Shown: piece by piece, positions 8,785 through 18,450 of the stretch
Numbering within the stretch: position 1 is the first letter of the stretch
Layout: each line of letters begins with the position of its first letter
Assembly: GCA_965261395.1 (NCBI GenBank)
Contig: OZ253462.1
Span: 1,920,001-1,984,000 of the forward strand
Direction: 5' to 3'
Origin: Candidatus Latescibacterota bacterium
Lineage (GTDB): Bacteria > Latescibacterota > UBA2968 > UBA8231
DNA length: 64,000 nt
The notes under the pieces: generated by a model
The model's input: only the letters and a program-made list of their open reading frames with translations
What the model was told of the DNA's origin: nothing
The model's database searches: none
Position numbers and translations under genes: made by a program

Positions 8785-10359
8785 ATGGAGAGGAACCAGA
8801 CCAGTACGCATCGGGCTTGGCCCTTCCAAGAGGCGGCACAGATCGTCAAGCAGCGCCGGCCCAGCGGGGACCGCCCGGTACTATTCGAGACCGGCTTTGG
8901 CCCCAGCGGCTTCCCCCATCTAGGGCACTTTTCAGAAGGCGTCCGCACCTCTTGGGTGCGCAACGCCTGTGAATACCTCTACGGGACAAAAACCCGCCTA
9001 CTCTGCTTCAGCGACGACATGGATGGCCTGCGCAAGGTGCCTAGCAACTTGCCGCAGCCCGAGATGCTCGCCGCCCACCTCGGCAAACCCCTACACGCCG
9101 TCCCAGATCCCTTTGGTTGCTGTGCGAGTTTCAGCGACCATATGAACGCCAAGCTGTGCGAGTTTTTCGACGCCTCCGGCTTTGACTACGAGTTTCAAAG
9201 CTCGCGCGAAGCCTACGTGCGCGGCGACTTCGACGAAGGGCTTTCGATTCTCCTAGAAAAAGCCGAAGAAGTTCGCCAAATCATCGTGCCGACGCTGCGG
9301 GAACAAAATCGCCAGCACTGGTCGCCCTTCTTTCCGATTTGTACCAACTGTGGCTCGATCATGGCCACGCGCGTCACCGCCTACCATCCCAGCCGGGGCA
9401 GCGTGAGCTTTACTTGCGACCTCGATACCGGCCCCTACACCGGGTGTGGCGAGAGCGGCGAGCAGTCGGTGCTCGACGGCAGTGCCAAGGTGGGCTGGAA
9501 AGTCGATTGGGCCCTGCGCTGGTACACCTACGAGGTCGATTATGAAATGTACGGCAAAGACCTCGTCGACTCGGTTCGCCAGTCCTCCCGCATCGTGCGC
9601 CTGATGGGCAAGCAGCAGCCGGTCGGCTTGTGCTACGAGTTTTTTCTCGACGAGGAAGGGCGGGGATTGGCGAGCAGCGCCGGCCGCATGGGGGTGACAG
9701 TAGATGCGTGGAAGGCGTACGCGCCGATAGAATCCCTGCTCTTTTTCTTGTTCCAGAATCCCAAGCGGGCCAAGCGGCTGCACTGGGATATCGTCCCCAA
9801 GTGCGTTGATGACTATCTCGATGCGCTGCGGCGCTATCCCGAAATGGCAACGGAGAAGCAGCCCGAGCAGGCCGTGTGGCATATCGGCGACTGCGGCAAG
9901 GACGTACCCGAGTACGCATCCCGGATCAACTTCTCGACAGTCAACAATCTGATCGCAGCCTTGGGAGTGGATTCGGTCGAGGTGTTGGGCGACTATCTGG
10001 CGCGCTACGATGCGCAGGCTTCTACTTATCCCCAGGTAACGCAGGCGCTGGTGGAGAAGGGGCTTAATTACTACCGAGACGTGGTGCTGCCGAACAAGCA
10101 GTTTCGTCCGCCCACGGACGAGGAGCGGGCGCTGCTAGGACAGTTGGCCGAGCGGCTGAACGCGACCAACGGGGCCACCGAGGAAGAGTTGCAGGCCATT
10201 CCGTTCGACTTGGCCCGCGAGGCCGGAGTATCCCCCAAGTCGCTGTTTCGGATGTTTTACGAGGTGGTGCTGGGGCAGGAGCAAGGGCCGCGGTTTGGGT
10301 CGCTTGTGCAGCTAGTGGGGCGGGAACAGGTGGTGCAGATGGTGCGGGAGAAAGCGTAG
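8785..10359 (+). CDS. lysS: Class I lysyl-tRNA synthetase (divergent KMSKS loop)
   Basis: FETGFGPSGFPHLG, SDDMDGLRKVP, KVGWKVDWALRW, YEMYGKDL, GQEQGPRFGS. Confidence 0.9.
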   Translation: MERNQTSTHRAWPFQEAAQIVKQRRPSGDRPVLFETGFGPSGFPHLGHFSEGVRTSWVRNACEYLYGTKTRLLCFSDDMDGLRKVPSNLPQPEMLAAHLGKPLHAVPDPFGCCASFSDHMNAKLCEFFDASGFDYEFQSSREAYVRGDFDEGLSILLEKAEEVRQIIVPTLREQNRQHWSPFFPICTNCGSIMATRVTAYHPSRGSVSFTCDLDTGPYTGCGESGEQSVLDGSAKVGWKVDWALRWYTYEVDYEMYGKDLVDSVRQSSRIVRLMGKQQPVGLCYEFFLDEEGRGLASSAGRMGVTVDAWKAYAPIESLLFFLFQNPKRAKRLHWDIVPKCVDDYLDALRRYPEMATEKQPEQAVWHIGDCGKDVPEYASRINFSTVNNLIAALGVDSVEVLGDYLARYDAQASTYPQVTQALVEKGLNYYRDVVLPNKQFRPPTDEERALLGQLAERLNATNGATEEELQAIPFDLAREAGVSPKSLFRMFYEVVLGQEQGPRFGSLVQLVGREQVVQMVREKA

Positions 10360-10418
10360 CGCATACAGGGATATTCGCGGAATTGCGAGGGTGCGGTAGG
10401 TGCCGCGCCCTCTTTTTT

Positions 10419-11366
10419 ATGGAGCGAACCGTGGGAGAGCAACAGGACCTTTTTCCCGAGATCATGCCGCCGGCCAAGCCTCGGCACGCCGGGCGGATGC
10501 AGCAGGTGCAGGAGGGGCTGCCCGCGCAGCTTTTTTTGGGGACGACGAGTTGGTCGAATGAGGATTGGGAAGGACTGATCTATCCAGAGGGCTGCGCCGC
10601 GGCCGATTACATCGAACACTACGCCAAGGTCTTCAGAAGTGTGGAGATCGACTCGACTTGGTATCGGGTGCCGACGCCCAAGGCGATAGAGGGGTGGCTA
10701 CGGCGGACGCCGCCACACTTTCGCTTTACCGCCAAAATTCCCCGCGTGATCAGTCACGAGAAAATGCTCATGGACTGCATGGGGGAAATGGAATCCTTCC
10801 TCGACGCGATGGCCCCGCTGGGCGAGCGGTTGGGGCCGCTGCTGATGCAGTTTCCATACATTGCGCGGGGACAGGACGCGCACGAAAACGAGTACGGCAG
10901 CGCGTTCACCGAGCGCCTAGCGGCATTTTTGCCGCAGCTACCTACGGGCGAGTTTAGCTTTGCGGTGGAGGTGCGCAACGGAAGCTGGCTGCGGGCGGAA
11001 CTGTTGGACTTGCTGCGCGAACACGGGGTGGCGCTGGTGTTGAATAACTACTACACCATGCCGAGCTTAGCCGACACTACCAAGCGCGTCGATCCCATAA
11101 CGGCCGACTTTCTCTACGTGCGCTTTTTGGGAGACCGCAAAAAGATGGACGCCTATGTCGAAGAGCGGATTAGCCGCGGCGAGCAGGAGCGGCATTGGGA
11201 CCGCCTCGTCTGGGACCGCGCCGCCGAGACCCAGCAGTGGGCACAACAGGTGCGGGAGTTGGCACAGGCCGCGCCGGAACGGCCCGCGTACGTGTTTTTC
11301 AACAACCACTACGCCGGATACGCGCCCGGTTCACTCGGCCTTTTTGCCCAGGCATGGAAGGAATGA
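10419..11366 (+). CDS. DUF72 family protein
   Basis: GTTSWS..DW.G.IYP, SVEIDSTWY, FRFTAKIP, AVEVRN, YVFFNNH. Confidence 0.9.
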   Translation: MERTVGEQQDLFPEIMPPAKPRHAGRMQQVQEGLPAQLFLGTTSWSNEDWEGLIYPEGCAAADYIEHYAKVFRSVEIDSTWYRVPTPKAIEGWLRRTPPHFRFTAKIPRVISHEKMLMDCMGEMESFLDAMAPLGERLGPLLMQFPYIARGQDAHENEYGSAFTERLAAFLPQLPTGEFSFAVEVRNGSWLRAELLDLLREHGVALVLNNYYTMPSLADTTKRVDPITADFLYVRFLGDRKKMDAYVEERISRGEQERHWDRLVWDRAAETQQWAQQVRELAQAAPERPAYVFFNNHYAGYAPGSLGLFAQAWKE

Positions 11367-11372
11367 GCGACA

Positions 11373-11450
11373 ACTTCGCCGTCGAGACCGGGTTTGTCGC
11401 GAACGGCGAGATAGCCCACTTCTTGCACCCAAGGGTCGGCGACGAGTTCG
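11373..11450. repeat. 78-bp displaced copy of the enolase gene 3' region (partner at 14047-14124)
   Basis: Manual alignment gives 74/78 identity, direct orientation. Confidence 0.92.
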
Positions 11451-11500
11451 GTTAGCGAGGATGGGACGGACTATACACGGTTAATGAACATATAATGATG

Positions 11501-11542
11501 AAGCGGCGCGGCTCTAATCGGGAGCCGCGCCGCTTGTCTTTT
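11501..11542 (+). terminator. Rho-independent terminator
   Basis: AAGCGGCGCGGCTC-taatcgg-GAGCCGCGCCGCTT-gtctttt. Confidence 0.85.
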
Positions 11543-11710
11543 GAGCCCATACTCTACCCCATTCTCCTGCAATATACCCTTCTGAAGCTGCTACAAGTTA
11601 GGATCCAAGTTCAGCATTGGGAATCCATCCGCAAAATTGTGATATGTAGTGGATACTAGATGATTTTTTTGAAAAATATCATTTTTTATTTGCACTTTAT
11701 TTGCAATATA

Positions 11711-11734
11711 TGTATTATTAGTTCAAGTAGTACA
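11711..11734. promoter_or_regulatory. Candidate GntR/YtrA operator
   Basis: Imperfect inverted repeat TGTATTATT-N6-AGTAGTACA in AT-rich DNA just before the RBS. Confidence 0.45.
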
Positions 11735-11751
11735 AGATAAGGAGCATATTT

Positions 11752-12132
11752 ATGGAAATAGTCATCGACACCAGCGATTCAGTGCCGGTGTTTGCTCAAT
11801 TGATCGATCAAATCAAAAAGGCCGTTCTCAGCGGTGAACTTAGCTCAGGGGCTGCCTTGCCTTCCATCCGGCAACTTGCAAACGACATGGGTCTGAACCA
11901 CAACACGGTGGCCAAGGCTTATCGGCTATTGGAACGCGATGCGGTCATTGAAACCAAAGGATATCGCGGTACGTTCATCCACCCGGACGCCAAGGCCAAT
12001 AGCGCTGTCGATTTAAACGCATGGGTGACGTCCACATTAAGCGAAACAATCAAGACATTAAGAGGATCCGGCGCAACGGATTCCGAAATCCGGATTGCAT
12101 TCGGGAATGTCATGAATAACCGAGACCAGTGA
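11752..12132 (+). CDS. GntR family regulator, YtrA subfamily
   Basis: LPSIRQLA.DMGLNHNTVAKAYRLLE; short C-terminal domain. Confidence 0.92.
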   Translation: MEIVIDTSDSVPVFAQLIDQIKKAVLSGELSSGAALPSIRQLANDMGLNHNTVAKAYRLLERDAVIETKGYRGTFIHPDAKANSAVDLNAWVTSTLSETIKTLRGSGATDSEIRIAFGNVMNNRDQ

Positions 12133-12142
12133 GGAGCTAGCG

Positions 12143-13201
12143 ATGCCAGACAACATCTTATTTTACGCCGTATTTCTGAGCCAGATTCTTCTTCTTTCTT
12201 TTTATTTTCCTAGAAAAATGCTCAAGCGGATAAGTTACGTGCTCGCAACGTACCCGCCATCGCAATATCCCAAGCTCTACCCGGAACCGATCGAATATTA
12301 CGAGAAAGCGCGGCGCAATTACCGAAATTTAAACGTGGGTGTACTGCTAGTTGGCTTGTCGTTGCTAGCGGTGCTCTTAGGCAATTCGCGTAGTGGTGAA
12401 TGGGACGTAGGCAATTTCGTGTTTCCGTATTTTATGATCCAGTTTTTCCCTATGATGCTCCTAGAAATAAGGTCTTTCAAATATTATCGGCTGATGAGAA
12501 AAGCCGATTCGCGCACCACTCGCAAGGCCGAGCTGCAACCCCGCCATTTGTTTGATTTTATTTCACCTACAATGATCGGCTTGGCAGTACTGGTGTATTT
12601 CGCTTTTATAGCGCTCATTCTCTATATCCGACAATTCGACTTCCCCTGGTTTGGCGGATATTGGAATATCGTCGGAGTGACCGCGGGCAATGTCTTTTTT
12701 GCGGCAATAGTGGTCTGGAACATGTATGGGAAAAAACTGGACCCGTACCAGGCCTATGAAGATCGCAAAAGGCAAATAGAACTCGTCGTGCAACAGATGG
12801 TTTTTATGAGTATTGCGGCGACGACGTTTATGGCGCTAGAAGTGGTCCTAGCCAGTCTGGATCTGCGCGATCTCCAGCCTACGGCGATGAGTCTGTATTT
12901 TCAGTTAATAGCCGTGGTCTGCTTGCGGACCCTGCGCATAGACAACATAAATTTTGCGGTGTATAAAGGAGACCCCTCCCAAGAAAGGACTGAAATACGG
13001 AACTATGCGGCGAGTGCCCACAATCTTGCCGGCGTGGGTCTATGGGTAGGTCTAGGTCTAGGTCTATTATTCGGTGTTCTTATTCTCCTAGAAGGCGGGA
13101 CCGTAAAAGGTTTTGTAATGGGAGTGGGGATTGGGACGGTTTTGGGGATAGTTATCGGCAGCTTCTTAGAATGGCGAAGGGGCACTTCCCCAACGGTATG
13201 A
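12143..13201 (+). CDS. Multi-pass membrane protein of unknown function
   Basis: About 9 hydrophobic segments; visibly lower GC than flanks; Gly-rich C-terminal helices. Confidence 0.8.
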   Translation: MPDNILFYAVFLSQILLLSFYFPRKMLKRISYVLATYPPSQYPKLYPEPIEYYEKARRNYRNLNVGVLLVGLSLLAVLLGNSRSGEWDVGNFVFPYFMIQFFPMMLLEIRSFKYYRLMRKADSRTTRKAELQPRHLFDFISPTMIGLAVLVYFAFIALILYIRQFDFPWFGGYWNIVGVTAGNVFFAAIVVWNMYGKKLDPYQAYEDRKRQIELVVQQMVFMSIAATTFMALEVVLASLDLRDLQPTAMSLYFQLIAVVCLRTLRIDNINFAVYKGDPSQERTEIRNYAASAHNLAGVGLWVGLGLGLLFGVLILLEGGTVKGFVMGVGIGTVLGIVIGSFLEWRRGTSPTV

Positions 13202-13219
13202 CCGTTCGGATCTGGTTTA

Positions 13220-14017
13220 CTAGCCATCGGCAACGCCGGGCAGGGTCGAGGTGCTGAGCAGACCGCCATCGACATCGAGCGCGACTCCGGTCAAGAAGGA
13301 CGATTCCTCGGCGAGGAAAAACAGAATGGCGTTGACGACATCGTCCTCGGTGGGGTTGCGGCCGAGCGGGATATCCGCCGCCGTCGCGGCGAGGATCGCT
13401 GCGTTGGCCGTGCCGGTCGCCTGTCGTTTGTAGGCGAGTACGTCTTGGCCCATGCCGGTGGTCGAGACGCCGACCGGACAGACGCAGTTGACGGTGACGC
13501 CGGCGGGGGCTAGTTCGCCGGCCAGCGCCTTGCTCAAGCCGACGACGCCGAACTTGGCGGCGCAATAGGAGGCGATCAGCGCGCAGCCGATCTTGGACAC
13601 GTCCGAGCCGATATTGACGATGCGGCCGCGCTGACCGCTTTGGCGCAGGAGCGGGGCGGCGGCCTGGCAGCAGAGGAAAACCCCCTTGAGGTCAATGTCG
13701 ATGACCCGATCCCAATCCGCTTCGGTGGTTTCTGCCAAGGAGCCGAAGTGGATGACACCGGCGGAATTGACGAGGGCGTCCAACCCCCCAAAGCGCGTCT
13801 GGCAGGCGGCTACGGTCTGTTGGACGGATGTCGGCGAGGTGACATCGAGCACTAGGGCCAGCACGCGGTCGCTGTGCAATTCATCGGCGGTCGCCCGTAG
13901 TTTTTCGCCGTCGATATCGGCGATGGCGACTTGGGCACCTTGGGCGAGCAGGGCCTTGGCGGTGCTCAGGCCGAAGCCGCTGGCCCCGCCGGTAATCAGC
14001 GCGCGTCTAGGCTTCAA
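13220..14017 (-). CDS. SDR family oxidoreductase
   Basis: TGGASGFG, VNSAG, YCAAK, VTVNCVCP; probable TTG start overlapping the enolase stop. Confidence 0.9.
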   Translation of the reverse strand: MKPRRALITGGASGFGLSTAKALLAQGAQVAIADIDGEKLRATADELHSDRVLALVLDVTSPTSVQQTVAACQTRFGGLDALVNSAGVIHFGSLAETTEADWDRVIDIDLKGVFLCCQAAAPLLRQSGQRGRIVNIGSDVSKIGCALIASYCAAKFGVVGLSKALAGELAPAGVTVNCVCPVGVSTTGMGQDVLAYKRQATGTANAAILAATAADIPLGRNPTEDDVVNAILFFLAEESSFLTGVALDVDGGLLSTSTLPGVADG

Positions 14018-15137
14018 AGTGATATTTCTCGACGATGTCTTCGTTGACTTCGACGCCGAGACCGGGTTTGTCGCGGACGGCGAGATAGCCCGCTTCTTGC
14101 ACCCAAGGGTCGGCGACGAGTTCGTGTTGCATTGGGGACGCATGAGGTTTGAAGTCGAGGGCGACCCCGTGAGTCGAGTTGGCCATTAGGTGTAGGCTGG
14201 CGGCGGTGTTGAGCGCGCTGCTCCAGGTGTGGGCGCTCCACTGTAGATTCTCGGCCTCGATCAGCTTGATATACTGGCGGCAGCCGGTGATGCCGTGACA
14301 GCGGCCCGGATCCATTTGGATCACGTCGACGCCGCCCGAATGGATCAGGCGGCGATAGCTGTCGAGGTCCCATTCGTCCTCGCCGGTGCCGATCGGCGTC
14401 GAGGTCGCGTCGCGTAGCCGAGCGTGAGCGTCGAGGTCCGAGGGCAGTAGGGGCTGTTCGATCCAGCGCAGGCGGTAGGGTTCCAAGTCGCGGAAGCGCT
14501 GGATCGCGGTATTGAGGTCCCAAATATTGCGCGCACCGGGGGTGTCGACGATGAGTTCGAGTTCGTCGCCGATGACTTCGCGGACCCGGCGGACCATGTC
14601 GATGTCTTTATTGCGGTCGAGCCCGAAGACGGCTTCGGGCCGCATGCCCCAACCCGCTTTGACCACCTCGTAGCCTTGCGCTTTGAGCCAGCGAAACTCG
14701 TCGAGGGTCCAGTCGACATCTTCCATGTCGAAGATAAAGGAGGCCATGGCGACGACCTTGTCGTGGAGCTGGCCGCCGAGCAGCCGGCAGACGGGTTGTC
14801 CGAGCGCTTTGCCGGCGAGGTCCCATAGCGCCATGTCGATGGCGCTGATGGCGAAGGCGGCGATGCCTTCGGGACCGTACCACCAGACGTGGTCGCGCAT
14901 TGCATGCCAGTGGCGCTCGACATCGAGGGCGTTTGCGCCGATTAAGAGAGGCGCTAGGCCTTGTTCGACGATGAGCTTGCTCGCCAAGGTCGCCTCGCGA
15001 AATTGCGAGATGCACTCGCCCCAGCCGATCTGGCCGTCCTCGCCCTCGATGCGGACGAGAGTGATATAGCGTTCGATGCCCTTGTAGTGGGGCTCGGGAT
15101 AGGCCAGGGGGTAGGCTTGGATTTGCTGGATTTTCAC
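14007..15137 (-). CDS. Mandelate racemase/muconate-lactonizing enzyme family protein
   Basis: AISAIDMALWDLAGK, WIEQP, PIGTGE, DKPGLGVEV. Confidence 0.93.
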   Translation of the reverse strand: MKIQQIQAYPLAYPEPHYKGIERYITLVRIEGEDGQIGWGECISQFREATLASKLIVEQGLAPLLIGANALDVERHWHAMRDHVWWYGPEGIAAFAISAIDMALWDLAGKALGQPVCRLLGGQLHDKVVAMASFIFDMEDVDWTLDEFRWLKAQGYEVVKAGWGMRPEAVFGLDRNKDIDMVRRVREVIGDELELIVDTPGARNIWDLNTAIQRFRDLEPYRLRWIEQPLLPSDLDAHARLRDATSTPIGTGEDEWDLDSYRRLIHSGGVDVIQMDPGRCHGITGCRQYIKLIEAENLQWSAHTWSSALNTAASLHLMANSTHGVALDFKPHASPMQHELVADPWVQEAGYLAVRDKPGLGVEVNEDIVEKYHFEA

Positions 15138-15304
15138 GATAGTGGTCCTCTTTAGCAGTGATCTGTAGGTGGCTCAACTACCTCTATTTCAGGATAGACG
15201 AATACGACGCTGTGGCGGCGATTTGAATTTGAAATCGAGTCTAGTCCCTCTCAATCCGCGACCGGCACCGGCGGCGTACATAAAGCGGCTGGGCAGCGTT
15301 GCCT

Positions 15305-15616
15305 CTATTCGGGCAGCACTATTTGGGGATCGTCGGGATCGGGGCGGTAGAGGAGTAGGGTGTTGCCCAAAACCTGCACTAGATGTGCCTCGGTAGCGGC
15401 GGCAAGCTGCTCGCCGGCTTCGCGGCGGTCGAGTGGGCTGTTGCGCTCGCAGCGCACCTTGACCAACTCGCTGTTGGCGTAGGCTTCGTTGAGCGAGCGG
15501 ATAACGGCGGCGGAAAGGCCCTCTTTGCCCAAGTACACGGTCGGGCGTAGCGCGTTGCCTAAGCCGCGCAAGTGGCGGCGGTCTTTGCCGCGCAGCTTAG
15601 GTGAAAAGTCTGTCAT
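15305..15616 (-). CDS. yhbY: YhbY/CRM-domain RNA-binding protein
   Basis: LRPTVYLGKEGL, ELVKV, LVQVLGNTLLLYR. Confidence 0.88.
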   Translation of the reverse strand: MTDFSPKLRGKDRRHLRGLGNALRPTVYLGKEGLSAAVIRSLNEAYANSELVKVRCERNSPLDRREAGEQLAAATEAHLVQVLGNTLLLYRPDPDDPQIVLPE

Positions 15617-15731
15617 GATCTATCGGCTCTATCTGTAGCGGCTTGTTAAGCCCTGACAGATATGACTTGTCCTTTGCTTCAAAAAGTGGCCTCAGTTTGT
15701 ACGGTATATTCTCGTCAAGCAGCACGCGCAT
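15597..15731 (-). pseudogene. Truncated DUF5615 (VapC45-like PIN) toxin
   Basis: MRVLLDENIPYKLRPLF, then unrelated sequence to a stop at 44 aa; start overlaps the DUF433 3' end. Confidence 0.7.
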
Positions 15732-15927
15732 CCGCTACTTCCAGCGTCATCTCTAGATAGGCGATGGCTTGCTCACGTGATACAGTGGGGAAGTCTGCAA
15801 GGAATTTGTCGAGCGAGTCCCCAGCGACAATATGCTGAATCAAAATTTCAACGGGAACGCGGGTTCCGGCAAAAACTAAGGTGCCGTTCATAACCGCCGG
15901 ATTACGGGAGATAATTGCCTTTTTCAT
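15715..15927 (-). CDS. DUF433 antitoxin
   Basis: ISRNPAVMNGTLVFAGTRVPV...FLADFPTVSREQ. Confidence 0.9.
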   Translation of the reverse strand: MKKAIISRNPAVMNGTLVFAGTRVPVEILIQHIVAGDSLDKFLADFPTVSREQAIAYLEMTLEVADARAA

Positions 15928-16041
15928 AGGTTGAACCTCCGTCTCTAAGGCTGAGGTGCAAAGTGCGATAGCCTAGGCATTGAATATAGACGCGCCCGCC
16001 GCTCTTGTCGAAGTGGAACGATTTTTGCCGTTGGACTTGGT

Positions 16042-18441
16042 ATGTCCGCGAGCAAAAAGACGCGACGACGACCCGCATTGTGGACGGCCCTCGGATTCGG
16101 AATCGGCATTTTCTTGGGGCGGACCGTGGAGATGGGCTTGGTCGCAGCAGCGGCTCTAAGCGGGTTGGCCTTTCTCGGCGCGGCTGTATGCTTCTACCGC
16201 CAGGCACGTTGGGCAGGTTGGTTGCTGTGGATGACCGTCGTCCTGTTAGGCGCGCTGCGTTACCACATCGACACAGCCCTGTCCCCTTTGCCGCACCTAG
16301 TCGCGCTCGAGGTCTTTGGCCAGCGCGGCGTGGTCACCGGACGCATCGTCCAAGAGCCGGAGCGCGGCGACGAGCGAGTGCGCTTTGCCATAGAGCTGGA
16401 ACAGGTGGTCGCTGACAGCGCCATCTACCACTTGGGCGGACAGGTGCTAGTCACGGTGAAAGACGTGTACTTGCCAGCCGACTACGGCGACCGCGTGTCC
16501 CTGCGCGGGAGGCTACAAAGGCCCCGACCAGTCCGCAATCCAGGCGGCTTCGACTACCGAGCCTTTTTAGCCCAGCAGGATATCTACGGCACACTTTTCA
16601 TTGGCAAACCCGAGCAGGTCGTTTCCGTAGAGCGCTTGCCCGGGCACTGGCTGTACGAAGGCGTGGTGCTGCCCCTCAGACGCGCCGTGCGCCAGAGCAT
16701 TGAGCGCAATCTCGCAGGAGCACCGGCCGGGCTGTTGTTGGGCGTGCTCTTGGGAGAGAAGCAGCGGATTCCCGAGGAGGTGCGCGCTGCGTTTCGCAGC
16801 ACCGGGCTGGCGCACGCGCTGGTGGTCAGCGGACTCCACGTCGGGATGGTGGGCGGGTTTTTCTTCTTCGGGTTCCGGCTCCTGCGGCTCGCCGATCGGC
16901 CAAGTTCCGCGGCCACCATCGCCGCGCTGGTGCTCTATGCCCTCGCAACCGGGGCGCAGGTGCCGGTGGTGCGGGCGGTGCTGATGGGAGCGGTGGTGCT
17001 GTTGGGGCGGGTGCTCCGGCGGCAGGGCGACATTTACAACACCCTTGGGCTGGCGGCGCTAGCGATCTTGGTGATATGGCCAGAGAGTCCGTGGAGCCTG
17101 AGCTTCCAACTCTCCTTTGGCGCGACGTGGGCCATCGTCGCCTTGCACGGGCCGCTCGCCTCGCTTTTCCCCGCAACCTATCAACGCGCCGATAGCCGAG
17201 TCGGCCGCTGGATCGCCACTCCGCTGTGCGCCTCGCTGGCGGCCCAGCTCGGCACTGGGCCTTTGATCGCCTATTCCTTTCAACAGCTAGCCTTGGGGGC
17301 CGTGGTGGCCAATATAGTGGTAGTGCCGCTCTTGGCGCTCGCTGTGGGCTTGGGCCTGCTGGCCGCATTGACGGGGTGGATTTTGCCCTGGATAGCCACC
17401 GCGTTCAACGCCGCCAATTACTTGGTCCTCGTGGGGCTGATCGAGCTAGTCTCGTGGTGGGCCGCGCTGCCCTTTGCGTCTGTGACGGTGCCGCGCCCGG
17501 GGATGCTCTTCGTCGCAGTGACCGCCGCGCTCTGCCTACTCGGCCCACTCCTACCCCACAGGGCGTGGGCGCGCAAGGCCGCCATCTTCACAGCCCTCAT
17601 CTGGCTCAATGTCGCGGTGTGGTCCTACGCGCTCCGCTCCCGCGACTTGGAAATCGTCTTTTTGGACGTGGGGCAAGGCGACGCGGCTTTGGTGCGCTTC
17701 CCCAACGGCAAAACCATGGTCGTCGATGGCGGCCAGCGCAGCGAATACTTCGACCACGGCGAACAGGTGCTGTTGCCTTTCTTGCGCTACATGGGCGTCC
17801 GGCGGGTCGATATCGTCGTGGCTTCGCATCCGCACAACGACCATATCGGCGGGCTGGTAGCCCTGCTGGAGCAAATGGAAGTCGGCCACTTTCTCGACAG
17901 CGGGCAAGGCTATGGCTCGTGGACAGCGCGGCGGCTGCAGGAACTCATCGCCGAGCGGGGGGTACGCTACCACCGAGTCGCGGCGGGCGACAGCTTGGCG
18001 GGCTTGGGCGGGGTCGCGGGGCTGGTCCTACATCCGACTGCGGACTTTGTCGATACAGACGGCAACTCCCCTTTTGGCCTCAATAACGGCTCGGTAGCCT
18101 TTAGCTTGCAGCACGGAGCCGTGCGGGTGCTCTTTACCGGCGACGTAGAGCAGGAGACCGATCCTTCGATTCTCGCTTGGGGAGCGCGGCTGCAAGCGCA
18201 ATTGCTCAAGGTGGCTCACCACGGCTCGCGCACCTCGTCGCAGCCGCTTTTTGTCGCGGCGGTTGCGCCCGCAGTGGCGGTAATGTCGCTGGGGGAGGGC
18301 AACAAGTTCAAACACCCGGCCCCGGAGGTCGTCGCGCGCTACACAGCGCACGGGGCGCGGGTACTGCGCACCGACCACACCGGCGCGGTGCAAGTGCGGA
18401 TTGACGGCACGGGCATGGCCGTGCAGACGATGCTGGAGTGA
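16042..18441 (+). CDS. comEC: DNA uptake protein ComEC/Rec2
   Basis: NPGGFDY, GLAHALVVSGLHVG, SFQLSF, LDVGQGD, SHPHNDHIGG, KVAHHGS. Confidence 0.95.
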   Translation: MSASKKTRRRPALWTALGFGIGIFLGRTVEMGLVAAAALSGLAFLGAAVCFYRQARWAGWLLWMTVVLLGALRYHIDTALSPLPHLVALEVFGQRGVVTGRIVQEPERGDERVRFAIELEQVVADSAIYHLGGQVLVTVKDVYLPADYGDRVSLRGRLQRPRPVRNPGGFDYRAFLAQQDIYGTLFIGKPEQVVSVERLPGHWLYEGVVLPLRRAVRQSIERNLAGAPAGLLLGVLLGEKQRIPEEVRAAFRSTGLAHALVVSGLHVGMVGGFFFFGFRLLRLADRPSSAATIAALVLYALATGAQVPVVRAVLMGAVVLLGRVLRRQGDIYNTLGLAALAILVIWPESPWSLSFQLSFGATWAIVALHGPLASLFPATYQRADSRVGRWIATPLCASLAAQLGTGPLIAYSFQQLALGAVVANIVVVPLLALAVGLGLLAALTGWILPWIATAFNAANYLVLVGLIELVSWWAALPFASVTVPRPGMLFVAVTAALCLLGPLLPHRAWARKAAIFTALIWLNVAVWSYALRSRDLEIVFLDVGQGDAALVRFPNGKTMVVDGGQRSEYFDHGEQVLLPFLRYMGVRRVDIVVASHPHNDHIGGLVALLEQMEVGHFLDSGQGYGSWTARRLQELIAERGVRYHRVAAGDSLAGLGGVAGLVLHPTADFVDTDGNSPFGLNNGSVAFSLQHGAVRVLFTGDVEQETDPSILAWGARLQAQLLKVAHHGSRTSSQPLFVAAVAPAVAVMSLGEGNKFKHPAPEVVARYTAHGARVLRTDHTGAVQVRIDGTGMAVQTMLE

Positions 18442-18450
18442 GGGATGCGC

